In this document: positions 12,245 to 26,303 of the stretch, piece after piece
How the letters are laid out: each line of letters starts with the position of its first letter
How positions within the stretch are numbered: the stretch's first letter is position 1
Assembly: GCF_963921235.1 (NCBI RefSeq)
Contig: NC_086107.1
Location: 102,922,001 to 102,986,000, forward strand
Length of the DNA stretch: 64,000 nt
Reading direction: 5' to 3'
Source of the DNA: Mobula hypostoma
Taxonomy: Eukaryota
The notes under the pieces: model-generated
Databases searched by the model: none
What the model saw: the letters and a program-made list of their open reading frames with translations, nothing else
What the model was told of the DNA's origin: nothing
Program-made: the position numbers and the translations under genes

Positions 12245-13115
12245 TAGCCTAATGGTTAGCACGATGCTTTACAGTATGAGCGACGGGGGTTCGATTCCCG
12301 CCCCTGCCTGTATGTTCTCCCAGTGACCGTGTGGGTTTCCTCCAGGTGCTCCAGTTTCCTCCCACAATCCAAAGACGTACTGATTGGTAGGTTAGTTGGT
12401 CATTGTCAATTGTCCCATGATTAGGCTAGGATTAAATCAGGGGTTGCTGGGCAGCAAGGCTCAAAAGGCCTGAATGGCCTGTTCTAGGCTGTATCTCAAT
12501 AAATAAAGAGACCCCCATAGAACGAATGATAGAAACATCGAAACCCCAAACCCCACCCCCTTCCTCACCATCCTTCACAGCAGCAAAAGCACCAACACCC
12601 CCTCCCCCCCACTCACGCCAGCAAAAGCACTGACTCCCCCACACACACACTCACCATTCAAACAACGGCAACCCCCCCCCGAAGACACCTTGATCCAGAG
12701 TCTGTCAAAACTACGTAGGAACTTACAATCAAAAGTGCTGGTGCAAAGACAGAGAATTTGTCATCGTAACTCTAATAACACACGATAAATACCCATCATA
12801 AAGCAGACTTTCACAGTGGTGTAATAGAGTCCCAAAGAAAACATAACCAAAACAGGTTCTTCCACCTGTCATCCACACCAACCATCAACCACCATTCCAC
12901 CATTACATCTAAAGCTATTTTTAATCTCCACGCATTTTTACCATTCCCTCCAGCTTTCACTGCTCACCTACAAAGGTGGTAATACGGGTCGTTCAGGATG
13001 CGGGTGGTATGATAACCTCCATTGCCCAAGGATCTGAGCACAAGAGTTGGGGGTGTTTGGTTACAGTTTAACAAAACGTTGGTTGGACTGCACTGCACAA
13101 TCAGAATCAAGGTCA

Positions 13116-14087
13116 AAGCAACATGCACAACACGCTGGAGGAACTCAGCAGGTCAGGCAGCATCTGTGGAAACGAACGGTCAACTTTTCGGGCCGAGACC
13201 CTTTGTCAGGACTGTAGAGGGAAGGGGCAGAGGCCCTATAAAGAAGGTGGGGGGAGGGTGGGAAGGAGAAGGCTGGTAGGTTCCAGGTGAAAAACCAGTA
13301 AGGGGAAAGATACAGGGGTGAGGGAGGGGAGGCAGGGAGGTGATAGGCAGGAAAGGTGAAGAAGGAATAGGGGAAAACACAATGGGTAGTAGAAGGAGGC
13401 AGAACCATGAGGGAGGTGATAGGCAGCTGGGGGAGGGGACGGAATGAAATAGGGATAGGGAAAGGGAGGGGGAGGGAATTACCGGAAGTTGGAGAATTCT
13501 ATGTTCATACCAAGGGGCTGGAGACTACCTAGACGGTATATGAGGTGTTGCTCATCATGGCAGTGGAGGAGGCCATGTATGGACATATCTGAATGGGAGT
13601 GGGAAGCAGAGTTGAAGTGGGTGGCTACTGGGAGATCCTGTTTGTTTTGGCGGACGGAGTGGAGGTGCTCGAGCGGAGGTCCCCCAATCTGCGTCGGGTT
13701 TCACCGATGTAGAGGAGGCCACACGGGAGCACCGGATGCAATAGATGACCCCAACAGACTCACAAGTGAAGTGTTGCCTCACTTGGAAGGACTGTTTGGG
13801 GCCCTGAATGGTGGCAAGAGAGGAGGTGTAGGGACAAGTGTAGCACTTACGCTTACAGGGATAAGTGCCAGGTGGGAGATCCGTGGGGATGGACGTGCGG
13901 ATAAGTGAGTCGCGGAGGGATCGATCCCTGTGGAAAGCGGAGAAGGGTGGAGAGGGAAAGATGTGCTTAGTGGTGGGGTCCTGTTGAAGGCGGCGGAAGT
14001 TGTGGAGGATAATGTGCTGGATCCGGAGGCTGGTGGGGTGGTAGGTGAGGACAAGGTGAGGACCAGCATCTGCAGATTATTTTGTGT
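13116..14087 (-). mobile_element. 5'-truncated PLE with a ~25-bp inverted terminal fragment
   Basis: RQHFTCESVGVIYCIRCSR GIY-YIG relic; pLTR 13116-13215; inverted ccagcatctgcagattattttgtgt at 14063-14087; TSD-like tcagaatcaaggtca / tcagaatcagagtca. Confidence 0.85.
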
Positions 14088-14129
14088 TCAGAATCAGAGT
14101 CAGGTTTATTATTACTGGCAAATATCGTG

Positions 14130-14510
14130 AAATTATAAAAGGGATCGATAAGATAGAGGCAGGAAAGTTGTTTCCACTGGTAGGTGAGACTAGAGCTAGG
14201 GGACATGGCCTCAAGATTCAGGGGAGTAGTTTTAGGATGGAGATGAGGAGGAACTGCGTTTCCCAGAGAGTGGTGAATCTGTGGAATTCTCTGCCCAATG
14301 AAGCAGTGGAAGCTACCTCAGTAAATATATTTAAGACAAGGTTGGATAGATTTTTGCATAGTAGGGGGATTTAGGGTTATGGGGAAAAGGCAGGTAGGTG
14401 GAGATGAGTCCATGGCCAGATCAGCCATGATCTTATTGAATGACGGAGCAGGCTCGACGGGCCAGATGGCCGACTCCTGCTCCTATTTCTTATGTTCTTA
14501 CGTTCTTATG
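14130..14510 (+). mobile_element. CR1 LINE 3' end
   Basis: KGIDKIEAGKLFPLVGETRARGHGLKI...SQRVVNLWNSLP; ttatgttc tail. Confidence 0.9.
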
Positions 14511-17500
14511 TGAAGTTTGTAGTTTTGTGGCAGGAGTACCTTGCAAAGACATAAAAATACAATAAATAAATGAAGTGGGAAAGAGGAATCGTGAGGTAGC
14601 GTTCATGGACCGTTCAGAAATCTGATTGCGGAGGGGAAGAATCTGTCCCTGAGTGTGGGTCTTTGGACTCATGTCCCTCCTCCCTGATGGTGGTCATGAG
14701 AAGAGGGCATATCCTAGGTGGTGAGGTTCCTTCCTGGTGGATGAAGATATCCTCTAGGCTGGCAAGCAAGAGCCCATGATGGAACTGGCTGAATCGACAG
14801 CTCCCTGTACCTTTTTCCGATCATGTGCGTTGGCACTTCCACATGACTCGGTGATGCAGGTAGTCAGATTGTCCCTCACAGTTCATCTGTAGAAATTGGC
14901 AGGACTCTTTGGTGATATACCAAATCTCCTCAAAGACCTAATGAAGTGCACCTGCTGGCTTGTCTCCTTGGTGTCTGCATCGATACATTGGGCCCAAGGT
15001 GGATCCTATGAGATGTTGATGCTCAGGAATTTGAAGCTGCTCACCCTTTCCACAGTTGACTTGGAGTCCTTTTCTGCAGTTCTGGACAGATATGATTGAA
15101 TTGGAGAGGTTGCAGGAGAGATTCACGTGGATGGATTGGAGAGCTGGAGTTATAAGGGGGGGATTGGATCAGATGGGCTTGTTTTCCCTGGACCACAGGA
15201 GGTTGAGAGTTGACATTGGAGAAGTATTTAAAATTATGAGAGTCTTAGAAAGGATAGAGTCTTAAATGACAACTGAGAAAGTCTGCAAGTGCTGGAAATC
15301 CAAAGCAGCACACACAAAATGCTGGAGGAACTCAACAGGCCAGGCAGCATCTATGGAAAAGAGTAAACAGTCAACGTTTTGGGCTGAGGTGCTTCTTCAG
15401 GACTGAGAAGGAAGGGGGAAGATTCTAGGATAAAAAGGTTGGGGTGGGCGGGAGCAAACTATATGCCTTTAAACCTCATGTCTGAAAGACTGGAGAGCAG
15501 CAGAGATGACAGAGGGCGGAGCAGTGAGAGAGGGTTTTACCGAATTCCTGTCGAAGAGAAGATTTTAACTTCTCCAGGGTAGGCATCCCTCGAACAGACT
15601 CCTCAGTGGGGCAGCATCTATGGAAAAGAGTGAACAGTCTACGTTTTGGGCCGAGGCTCTTCAGGACTGAGAGGAATAAGAAGAAAGGGGGAAGGATAGA
15701 GTCTGGTTCCCAGGAAAGGGGAATCTAAAACTCTAGGGCACAGGCTTCTGCCGACATCCTGTGCATTTGTTTCTTGTGACTGTGTGGGTTTCCTCCAGGT
15801 GCTCCAGTTTCCTCCTGCGCCCATCCCAACGATACATTGGTTGGCAGATGAAGCGGCCGCTGTGAATTGCCCCTACTGTGAGCTGAGTGGTGGAATCTGG
15901 GGGTGAGGAGATGATAAAAATGTGGGAAGAATTCAAAATGGGGTTCGTGCAAATGGGTAGTCGATGGCCAGCATGGACACAGTGGGCTGAAGGGCCTGAA
16001 TCTCTTTATGACTCTTTGATAACAGTTTTATATCCCCTCACAAGGATATAACAACAGCAAAGAGGACCAGGGAAGGTTTATCGTGATTTTGAACCAGGAT
16101 AATGGGTTTTAAGTACGAAGAGGGAGAGGAGTAAAGGAGATTTAATTGAGGTGTATAACACCACGAAAGGCCTGGAGAGGTTTAACAGGGGAAAAGGAAC
16201 CTCATCTCTCAACAGAAGTACTGCAACAAGGAGGCATAATTAAAGTCAATTAGCAGAAGGCTGGAGAGGGAATCAGTCACCAAAGGGGGTCTGGAGCTTG
16301 CTGACTGAAAGGTTGGCGGAGGCGTTTAAAAAGTACCTGGAAGAGCAGATCCATGGATTAAAAGCTAGGAAGTGGGATTAAATTTAAGACCGTATGAAAT
16401 CAGGAAGGGGCTTCCGTGGTTTAAGTTTCAATAATCTTCTCAGATCGAAATAACTAATCCATTGTCTTTTATCTCAGCCAATAAGTTAGCAACCTTATGC
16501 GAGATCACGTCCCAGGCAGAGTGTGACGTCTATCTCCACACTTCTCTGGCTCTGGCCCTGGTGCTCTGCACTGCCTCCTTGGTAATCCACAGCTCCTTGT
16601 ATTTCACTTGACGCTGCGTCCCACAGAGCTGTTCAGTTCAGCGTGCCCTGTGTTATGTATGGTTATGTGTTTGTTTTCAATGCCTATTATAATGGGATTA
16701 GCTAACTGCTGACAGCGATGGTAAATTTCTTTAAACCACTAAACAGGCTTGCTCAGTTCAACCGCTCTGTTCTTGAAACAATGGCACAAACCTAACCATT
16801 ATAGTTTAGCAACGCGACGGCCACCTTCCAAAGTCAGGAGTCCTGATGAAGGTTCTCACCTCAAAGTCACAGACTGCCCGTTACACCGCTGGAGTTTAGG
16901 GCAGCAATGAAGGTCCTCCACCTCTGTCTGCCCTTGGCCATCTTCTCTACTGTGCCCCTGGTGTGGTTCAGGGACCTCATTTCTGCCTCTGTGGTACGGC
17001 GCCAAGTTGCCTTTGGTCTCCCGCGTTTCCTCTGCCCTTCAGGGCTCCTTGTTCTGTCTTGTTCGCCTCAAAATGTCAACTGTTTATTCCCCTTCATTGA
17101 AGGGAATTGCTGAGTTCCTTGCTCTGGATTTCCAGCATCCCTTGCGACTATGGGCATTTTGACCACTTTGCACTGAAATGGACTTTATTTTATTCTAATT
17201 GCATTAAACTGCGTATAATTTATATTTTTTTCTTGTGAATATTGATTATATGATGCCATGCACCTGTAATATTGCTGCAGATGAGTTTTACACGGCATCT
17301 GATCCTACGTGCACTTGTGCATCTGACAGTGAACTTGACTTTGTCTTTACTTAGCCGGCAGAAATGGTTCCTCCTCTCTGCCTCCAATGGATCTGTGGGC
17401 ACTTGCAATGTCCAGCTACTCTCTCAGAAATGTTGTTACTACTAACTGGTTTAATAAATATCCTTTCTGATGGCCGAGCTTCTTTGCATGCTGACCTATA

Positions 17501-17807
17501 ACTGCTTCCGTTCTACAGTATCCTGGTACGTGAGTGGACATGGAGATGTTTCCAGAAGCAGGAGAGTCCAGGACCAGAAAGCACAAACTCAGAATAGAAG
17601 GGTGTCCTTTTAGAACAGAGAATGGGAGGGATTTCTTTAGCCAGAGGCTGGAATTCTTTGCCATGTCAGCTGGGGAAGCCAATGTAGTAAGAGTTTCATT
17701 CATTTGTTTTGTACCGTGTCATATGACATCATTATTATGTGCCGGGTTGTATGACATCATCATTATGTGCTGTGTTGTATGACGTGGATGATCATGGTCT
17801 TGACCAT

Positions 17808-18041
17808 CACGCACAAAGTGCTGGAGGAACTCAGCAGGTCAGGTAGCATCTGTGGAAAAAAGTATAGTCAATGGGCCGAGCTCCTTCGGCAGAACAGACC
17901 CTTTGACAATCCTGCTGAAGGGTCTCGAAACATTGACTGTACTTTTTTTCCATAGTTGCTGCCTGACCAGCTGATTTCGTCCAGCAATTTGTGTGCGTGA
18001 TGCTTTGATTTCCAGCATCTGCAGATTTTCTCTTGGTTGTG
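17808..18041. mobile_element. ORF-less inverted-pLTR mini-insertion
   Basis: Opposed arms. TSD-like atggtcttgaccat (17794-17807) / atggtctacgaccat (18042-18056). Inserted in another repeat. Confidence 0.75.
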
Positions 18042-19044
18042 ATGGTCTACGACCATGACTGTTCTTGGCAAATTTTTCTACAGAAGTGGTTTGCCATCGG
18101 CTGTTTCTGGGCAGTGTCTTCACAAGACGGGTGACCCCAGCCATGATCGATACTCTTCAGAGATTGTCTGCCTGGCGTCAGTGGTCGCCTAACCAGGATT
18201 TGTGATACGCATCAGATGCTCGTACCACCTGCTCCCATGGCTTCACGTGACCCTGATCTGGGGGTGGCGGTGGGGGGCTAAGCGGGTGCTACACCTTGCC
18301 CAAGGGTGACCTGCAGGCTAGCGGAGGGGAGGAGCTCCTTAAAGCCTCCTTTGGTATGGATGAATCTCCACCCCGTCATCCAAAGTATCAAGTATATTGA
18401 TTAGTAAGAGTATCTAAGGATAGGAGTCTGAGGTTGAGGGCGAAAATAAGTCAATCATGATCGAATGGCAGAGCAGCGTCAATGGGCTGAATGGCCAATT
18501 TCTGCTCCTGTCTTATGGTCTGATGGTGTTCGACCGTCAACATCTCTGATCCCAGTCAGCACAACTTCTCCTGCCTGCTAAGTGTTATCTGCACACTCTA
18601 TCCAAGTTATTAACATATGGAATAAAATGCTGAGCCATCTGTACAGCACCACAGGGAACATTATTTACCATGTCCCACCAATCGGCAGCCTTCTCTTTTA
18701 TCACCTGTACCACCCATTGGCTTCAGTACGGTTCGTTTTCATTTTCAGTCTGTTGAAGTGAAAACTTACCAGGTTCTGATCACAAAAGGTTAACCTTGTT
18801 TTTCTCCGCAGGCACAGCCAGACCTGGCAGAAGCTTCCAGCATTTTCCATTTCATTTCAGATTGACAGCTGTCATTCGATTTTACGTGATGAAACGCCTT
18901 GTGGCAACCCATGCAGACTTTATCCAAATAAATAATAAATTAAATAAATCCCTTGGTGGGCGTCACCGTCGCAGGAATGGAGGTAGAGTGAAAACCTTCA
19001 TCCTTTGTGCCATCCACGCAGATCATTTGATTAAGATGGAAATT

Positions 19045-19870
19045 AAGGTTGAGCACCTCCACACCATTCGCCAGAAGTGGGACTTCCCAGTGGCCAAAAA
19101 TGTCAATTCCCATTCCGATATGTCGATCCATGGCCTCCTCTTGTGCCAAGATGAGGCCACCCTCAGGGTGGAGGGGAAACACCTTGTATTCCATCTGGAT
19201 AACATCCAACCTGATGGTATGAATAGCGATTTCTCCTTCCGGTAAGCAAACCCCACACCCCCTACCTTCCTCTATTCTCCACTCGGACCTTTCACTTCTT
19301 CTCACCTGCCTACTACTTCCCTGGGTCCCCTCCTCCTTCCCTTTCTCCTATGGTCCACTCTCCTCTCCTATCAGATTCCTTCTCCTCCAGCCCTTTACCT
19401 TTCACACCCACCTGACTTCATCTATCACTTTCCAGCTAGCCTCCTTCCCCTCCCAACTCCATCTCTTTATTCTGGCATCTTCCCCCTCCCCTTCTTCCTC
19501 CATCCTGAATAAGGGTCTCGGCCCACAACATAGTCATTGTCATAGTCATAGTCATGCTTTATTGATTCCGAGGGAAATTGGTTTTCGTTACAATTTGCAC
19601 CAACCAAGAATAGAGTATAAATATAGCAATATAAAACCATAAATAATTAAATAGTAATATGTAAATTATGCCAGGAAATAAATCCAGGACCAGCCTATTG
19701 GCTCAGGGTGTCTGACCCTCCAAGGGAGGAGTTGTAAAGTTTGATGGCCACAGGCATCAAATATCAACTGTTTATTCACTTCCACAGAGGCTGCCTGGCC
19801 TGCGGAGTTCCTCCAGCATTTTGTTTGTGTTGCTTTGGATTTCCAGAACCTGCAGACTTTCTCGTGTCTG
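19045..19870 (+). mobile_element. PLE 3' end interrupted in its pLTR by a Rex1 3' tail (19531-19757, minus)
   Basis: EHLHTIRQKWDFPVAK...QPDGMN; the Rex1 tail is near-identical to 28971-29176. Confidence 0.8.
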
Positions 19871-22106
19871 AGGTTAAGATTAGCGTGATTTGTCGTATGA
19901 ACATCGAAGCATACAGAGGAATGTGCCCCCTGCGTCAACGACCGACGCTGTCTGAGGACGTACAGGGGGCAGCCCGCCAGTGTCACCTTGCTTCTGGAGC
20001 CAGCGGAGCTTTTGCCAGCGACTCACTAAAACTAATCTGTACGTCTTTGGACGGTGGGAGGAAACCGGGACGCCCGGCGGGAAACCCACCGCGGTCACGG
20101 GGGGAACGTACAAACTCCTTACAGAGCATGATGGGAAGTGAACCCCGGTCGCTGGTGCTGTAACCCCTACGCACAGGGTAGCGGCTAGCGCGTCACTACT
20201 GCAACTCAAGGCGTGACGGAGTTCGGAGTTCAGAGTTCAATTCCTACACCATCTGTACGACCCTCCCGTGGTCGGTCAGGGCATGAAGGGATACGGGGAG
20301 AAGGCAGGAGACTGGGGCCTAGAGGGAAAATGGATCAACCATGATGAGTGAGAGAGCAGACTCGATGGGCCAAATGGCCTAATTCTGCTCCTATAATCTT
20401 ATGGCCCTCCCTGTGGAATGCAAGGGTTTCCCCCAGGTGCTCTGGTTTCTTCCCACAGTCCAAAGATGTACCAGGTAGGTTAAATGGTCATTGTAAATTG
20501 TACCGTGATTAGGTTAGGGTTAATCGGGTTTGTTGGGGGGGTGTTGTTGCTTCCTGATGTACTGTAAAATAAACAAACAAATAAGTAAATAATGCTGAAT
20601 AAAGTATACTTGCAGAGAAAGTACAGAGCTGTCAGACAACAAGGCCGTAATGAGATTGACAGTGAGGTCTGGGGTCTGTTACATCGTACTATGGAGCTGT
20701 TCAATAGTTTTATAATGGTGGATTAGAAACTGTTCTTTAGTTTGGTGGTATGTGCTTTTAGGCTTTGTCCAATGTTGAGGGGGGGGGCAGGGAGAGGATG
20801 GCCGGGGTGGCTGAGCTCTTTGATTTCATTGGCTGCTTTACCGAGGCAGCTCACTGGAAGGCAGGCCGGTTTCCATGGTGCCTAAACCGTGTCCACAGCT
20901 CTCTGCGTTTTCATGCAGTCACAGGCAGAGCGGTTGTCTCACTGAGCCGGGATACACCTAAACAGGGCACTCTTTACGGAGTATCAGTGGAAATTAGCCG
21001 GAGTCAAAGGATTTCTTTGGCCTCCTGAGGAAGTAGAGGGGCTGGTGACTTTCTCACCTATCTACAGACCCAGTTACCACTTTAAAAAAATCTAATAGGT
21101 TAGGCCCCAGAAGAAGACAATGGCAAAACACTTCTGCAGAAAAATTTGCCAAGAACAACCATAATCATGGAAAGACTACGATCGCCCACATCATATGACA
21201 CGGCACAAAACAAACGAACAAAGAAGTAGGTTCAGTAGCCACGGCCTTCCTTTCACTGGTGTCTGCTGACACTAATTAATTAATACTTGTCTATCATTGG
21301 TTAGAGTTCCAATAGGTTTACCTCAATGTTTCTCTGGCGACATTGAAGTTAACTCATTTCTACCTTTCTGCCTTTCTAAATAATCGATGATTACCAACCT
21401 TCATAATCCAAATGAAAATAGATGTGGACAATCATAAACCCATATGCGGTTTCCACTGATATTTTTAACACCTTCAGAATGAAACTGGGAAATATCAGAG
21501 GCTGGTCCTATTATTTTCACCATTTTTATTTTTATTTTATTTATCAAAACTATAAGTTTCCCCCTTGGCTTATTTTTAATTTCAATTTCTATTTATTTAT
21601 TTATCCATTTATTGACTGAAATACACGGCAAAACAGGCCACACCACCCAGCAGCCCCACTGATTTAACGGGACAATTTACACTGTCCAATTAACCTACCA
21701 ACCAGTAGGCCTTTGGACTGCGGAGGAAACCCACGGGGTCACTGGGAGAACATGCCCTTACAGGCAGCAGTGGGAATTGAACCCCGGTCAGATCCCTCCT
21801 GTACGCCTGGAACGTCGTCTCTGCACCCCACTGCCCACGGGAGGACTGCAGTGAGGAGGAGTCTGTGACCCACCTCTTTGCACACTGCCAGTTCGCAAAG
21901 AGGATGTGGAGGAGGATGGACAGGCTAGTGTCACCCTTCGTCCCCAGCAGCTGCGTAACAGAGGACTCTCTGATCTACGGGCTGTTCCCGGGGACGCACA
22001 CGGAGACCAACATCCGGTGATGCTGGCAGATCATCAGCTCGGTGAAGGACGTTCTTTGGTCAGCCCGAGACTTGATGATCTACCAGCACATGGAGATGTC
22101 CGTGAT

Positions 22107-22144
22107 CGGTCGACATTTCGGGCTGGAAGCCTTCATCAGGACTG
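22107..22144 (-). ncRNA. Minimal type-I hammerhead ribozyme motif
   Basis: Minus strand CAGTC-CTGATGA-AGGCTTCCAGCCC-GAAAT-GTC-GACCG. Confidence 0.65.
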
Positions 22145-23250
22145 TAGAGGGAAGGGGCAGAGGCCCTATAAAGAAGGTGGGGTAAGGTGGGAAGGAGAAG
22201 GCTGGTAGGTTCCAGGTGAAAAACCAGTAAGGGGAAAGATAAAGGGGTGAGGGAGGGGAGGCAGGGAGGTGATAGGCAGGAAAGGTGAAGAAAGAATAGG
22301 GAAAAACACAATGGGTAGCAGAAGGAGGCGGAACCATGAGGGAGGTGATAGGCAGCTGGGGGAGGGGTCAGAGTGAAATAGTGATAGGGGAAGGGAGGGG
22401 GAGGGAATTACCGGAAGTTGGAGAATTCTATGTTCATACCAAGGGGCTGGAGACTACCTAGACGGTATATGAGGTGTTGCTCCTCCAACCTGAGTTTAGC
22501 CTCATCATGGCAGTAGAGGAGGCCATGTATGGACATATCTGAATGGGAGTGGGAAGCGGAGTTGAAGTGGGTGGCTACTGGGAGGTCCTGTCTGTTTTGG
22601 CGGACGGAGCGGAGGTGCTTGACGAAGTGGTTCCCCAGTCTGCGTCGGGTTTTACCGATGTAGAGGAGGCCGCACCGGGAGCACCGGATGCAATAGATGA
22701 CCCCAACTGACTCACAAGTGAAGTGTTGCCTCACCTGGAAGGACTGTTTGGGACCCTGAATGGTGGCAAGAGAGGAGGTGTAGGGACAAGTGTAGCACTT
22801 GCGCTTACAGAGATAAGTGCTGGGTGGGAAATCAGTGGGGAGGGACGTGTGGACCAGGGAGTCGCGGAGGTTAGGATCCCTGTGGAAAGCGGAGAGAGGT
22901 GGAGAGGGAAAGATGTGCTTAGTGGTGGGGTCCTGTTGAAGGTGGCGGAAGTTGCGGGGGATAATGTGCTGGATCCGGAGGCTGGTGGGGTGGTAGCTAA
23001 AGACAAGGGGAACTCTGTCCCTGTTGTGGTGGCAGGAGGATGGGGTGAGAGCCGAAGTGCGGGAAATGGAGGAGATGTGGCTGAGGGCATCATTGATGAC
23101 GGCAGAAGGGAACCCATGATCCTTAAAGAAAGAGGACATTTGAGATGTCCTGGAATGGAGAACCTCATCCTGGGAGCAGATGCAGCGGAGACGGAGGAAC
23201 TGGGAATAGGGAATGGCATTTTTGCATGTGGCGGGGTGGGAAGAGGTATA
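22107..23250 (-). mobile_element. PLE fragment (Neptune-like): RT thumb, Cys linker, GIY-YIG open for ~280 aa, hammerhead at 22107-22144
   Basis: ORF 22408-23331: SHPATCKNAIPYSQFLRLRCICS...CKRKCYTCPY...VIYCIRCSRCGLLYIGKTRRRL...PVATHFNSASHSHSDM. Confidence 0.92.
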
Positions 23251-26200
23251 ACAACAGATTGCCACGTGGGTGGCCAAAGTATGGATATGTAGAGACCACA
23301 AGAGAAATGTATGTAGAGGATTGAGAGTCATTGAATGATTTATTGTATATAATTTTATTTTTGAATAAAGTATATTTTGAAATTTAAAAAAAATTTCTGG
23401 GGAAGAAGCCTTCAGCCATTAACCAGTTCAATTGGTACATGAATCCTACCTATGACCAATGACTGCACTGTCCCTCGCTGTGGCAAAGCAAGCCAAGGGT
23501 CCGAAAGCAGTTGAACTTCTTAAGGTAACTAGGGGTGGACAATAAACGACTCCCATGTCTCCCAAGAAGGAATGAACGATATGAAAGAGGGGTTGATCAG
23601 AGTCAGAATCCGGTTTAACATCATCGGCTTATGTTGTGAAGGGTCTCGGCCCGAAACGTTGACTGTACTCTTTTCCATAGATGCTGCCTGGCCTGCTGAG
23701 CTCCTCCAGCACGTTGTGTGTGTTGCTCGGATTTCCAGCATCTGCAGATTTTCTCCTGTTTGTTGTGAAGTTTGTTAACTTCACAGCAACAGTACAATAC
23801 ATGAAAAGAAACTGTCACACTAAGTATATTAAATAGTTAAGTTAAAATACTGTAAAAAAAACACAGAAATACAAAAAAGAGTATTGAGGTAGTGTTCACA
23901 GGTTCAATGTCCATTTAGGAATCGGATGGCAGAGGGGAAGAAGCTGTTCCTGAATCACTCAGTGTGTGCCTTCAGGCTTCTGTACCTCCTTCCTGACATG
24001 TACAGGGGTTATAAAATTTCAAGCTTTAAATTTTGGTTGATTTCTGGATTCTTGGAGCTTATTAAAAGTTGAAGGGAAATTGTTCAGAATTAGAACCAGA
24101 CTTACATACCATGTAATGTGTTGCTTTTGCCGCAGCCGTTGAACACCACAGCACAAAAGCAGGCCCTTCGGCCCATATACTGCGTGCCTGAACAACTAAT
24201 CTGCCTAGTCCCATAGACCCGCACTCGGACTGTTGCCCTCCATACCCCTCCAATCCGTGTACCTATCCAAACTTCTCTTAAACATTGAAATCGAACCCGG
24301 ATCCATTTGTAGCGCAGTGCAAAGGCACAAAACCACATAAAAATAAATACTGAGGTAGCGTTCATGGGCTGAAGAACCATTGAGGAAGCTGACGGTGGGG
24401 AAGAGGAAGCTGTTCCTAGCATTGAGGCTGAGTCCTATAATCTCCTCTCCAATGGTTGTAATGAGAAGAGGGCATGTCCTGGATGGTGATGGTCCTGAAT
24501 GATGGATTTAGTGGTTAATAAAAATTCAAGATCATATTAACTTAATAAAGTTTACTGCAGTCTTCCACGTCACTGTGGGGGGCGTTCTGATGTCCTCCCA
24601 CATATAAAGAGGCTCTGGTAGATTAATTGAATACTGTAAATTACCTCTTAGTGTGCACCAGTGGCAAAAGAAATCAAATGTTCAAAGTAAGTATAAATTA
24701 TATAACCTTGAGATTCATCTCCTTGCAGGGAGCCACAAAATAAGAAACTCAAAAGAACCCATTTAAAAAAAAGACTAGCAAACAGCCAATGTGCAGAGAG
24801 AGAGAGAGGAAAAAAAACACAAATTGTGCAAACAGTAAAGCAAGTGCACAACATTTCGAATGAAAGTGAGCCCATAGACAGGAAGCCCGGAGCAGACCCA
24901 CGGCCTCAGCTTCAGTTCATCACACAGCGGGTCAAGTTGCTGGAAATCTCGCTGACGCAAAGCCTGGAGTAGATGGAGCAGGTCCGCAGCCTCAGCGTCA
25001 GAGTCGCGGGGAGCGGAGTGAACGTCGCAGGGCAGTGGGCAGAACTGGCCCTCCCCTCCCCTCTGGTCCCGACACCCGGCCTTTTCAATCCATCCAGCCC
25101 GGCATTCGAATTGTCTAAACACTGGGTCATGGTCATCCCTCGCACCAGGACTTGGGCTCTGTCGCGAAGATACGATAAAATCGAATTGGTGAGCGTGTGT
25201 GCAGGAGAAATAAGACAGCAGGGAAATGGCACTGATGGAATTGCTCTGCTGAGAGATAGCATGGAATAAAAGGGCTGAATGTCCGTCTTTCCAATCATAG
25301 TAAGCAAGCAATGGCTGCCTTGCATATCTGAAAATCAAATGGGTTTGTCAGATGTTACATTCTGAAAGCTCATGTTGGATTTTTAAAGCAAAGAGGATCC
25401 AGATGTAGAATTTGCAAGGCCAACTTTTAATGCCAGCACAAAGCTTTATAGGTGGAAAAGAAATATTTTCTAAATAGACATTTATTTTTTGGTCAGAACA
25501 TAAAAGTCCAAAGTCGGGCAGATGGATTACTTCCTAGAATGAGTACTGGAGGGAAATCTATTGGGATAATTTACAATTGGATCCTGCATTCTGAGTGACG
25601 GAGGAGGGAGAGATTGGAAGCAAAACAGTGCAGATGTAGGAAGTTCAGAGCCAAATCAGAAAGCGGTAAAGATGCTCAGCAGGTCAAGCAGCATCTGTGG
25701 AGGAGTGATATAGAGCCAAGGTCTCAGATTAAGAAACCTCTATCAGAGAACTGAAAACGAGAGAAGACGGAAGTATTTTAAATTGAGGAGAGGAGGAAGT
25801 GTCCGGGATATGGAGCAGAGCAGCATGAATGTCACCTTAGCAACCCCGGTTGGATCTAATCACAGAAAGCAAAGGTAAATATACATTCTAACGCTCCACA
25901 ATCTCCATCTCTTCCTCGACCCCTGCCAACAATCCACAATCATTTTCTAATCCTGTCTGACTCAGAACATGCTATTCTTTCAGGAGGTAAATCAGCGCGG
26001 AGCATGTATCTGACCCTTAATATAACTGCCCGTTGCAGAGCCGAGCTGTAAAAATAATGCTGATTGCAGAATGCAAGATCGGGAGACAAATATTTATTTG
26101 TGCGTTTATCAGCACAAGGTACATTATAACTCAAGGCAATGAATATTCCTGCAGCTCATCGTTAAATGACCCAGAGCACTGCAGTTCTTAAACATCATAC

Positions 26201-26303
26201 CCAGTACACGTTCCACTGCTAAACCATAAAATTGATATACCTTCCAGTCTTGTGCCAGAGGAAGAAGGGAGAGGATTCAAAAGTCTACCCACAACCCTGC
26301 AAT

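Larger units (their letters stand above)
21784..23393 (+). mobile_element. Tx1/L1-clade LINE 3' end split by a PLE insertion
   Basis: Frame from 21796: LLYAWNVVSAPHCPREDCSEEESVTHLFAHCQFAKRMW (CCHC zinc knuckle). 3'UTR with AATAAA and an A-tail at 23250-23393. Confidence 0.8.
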
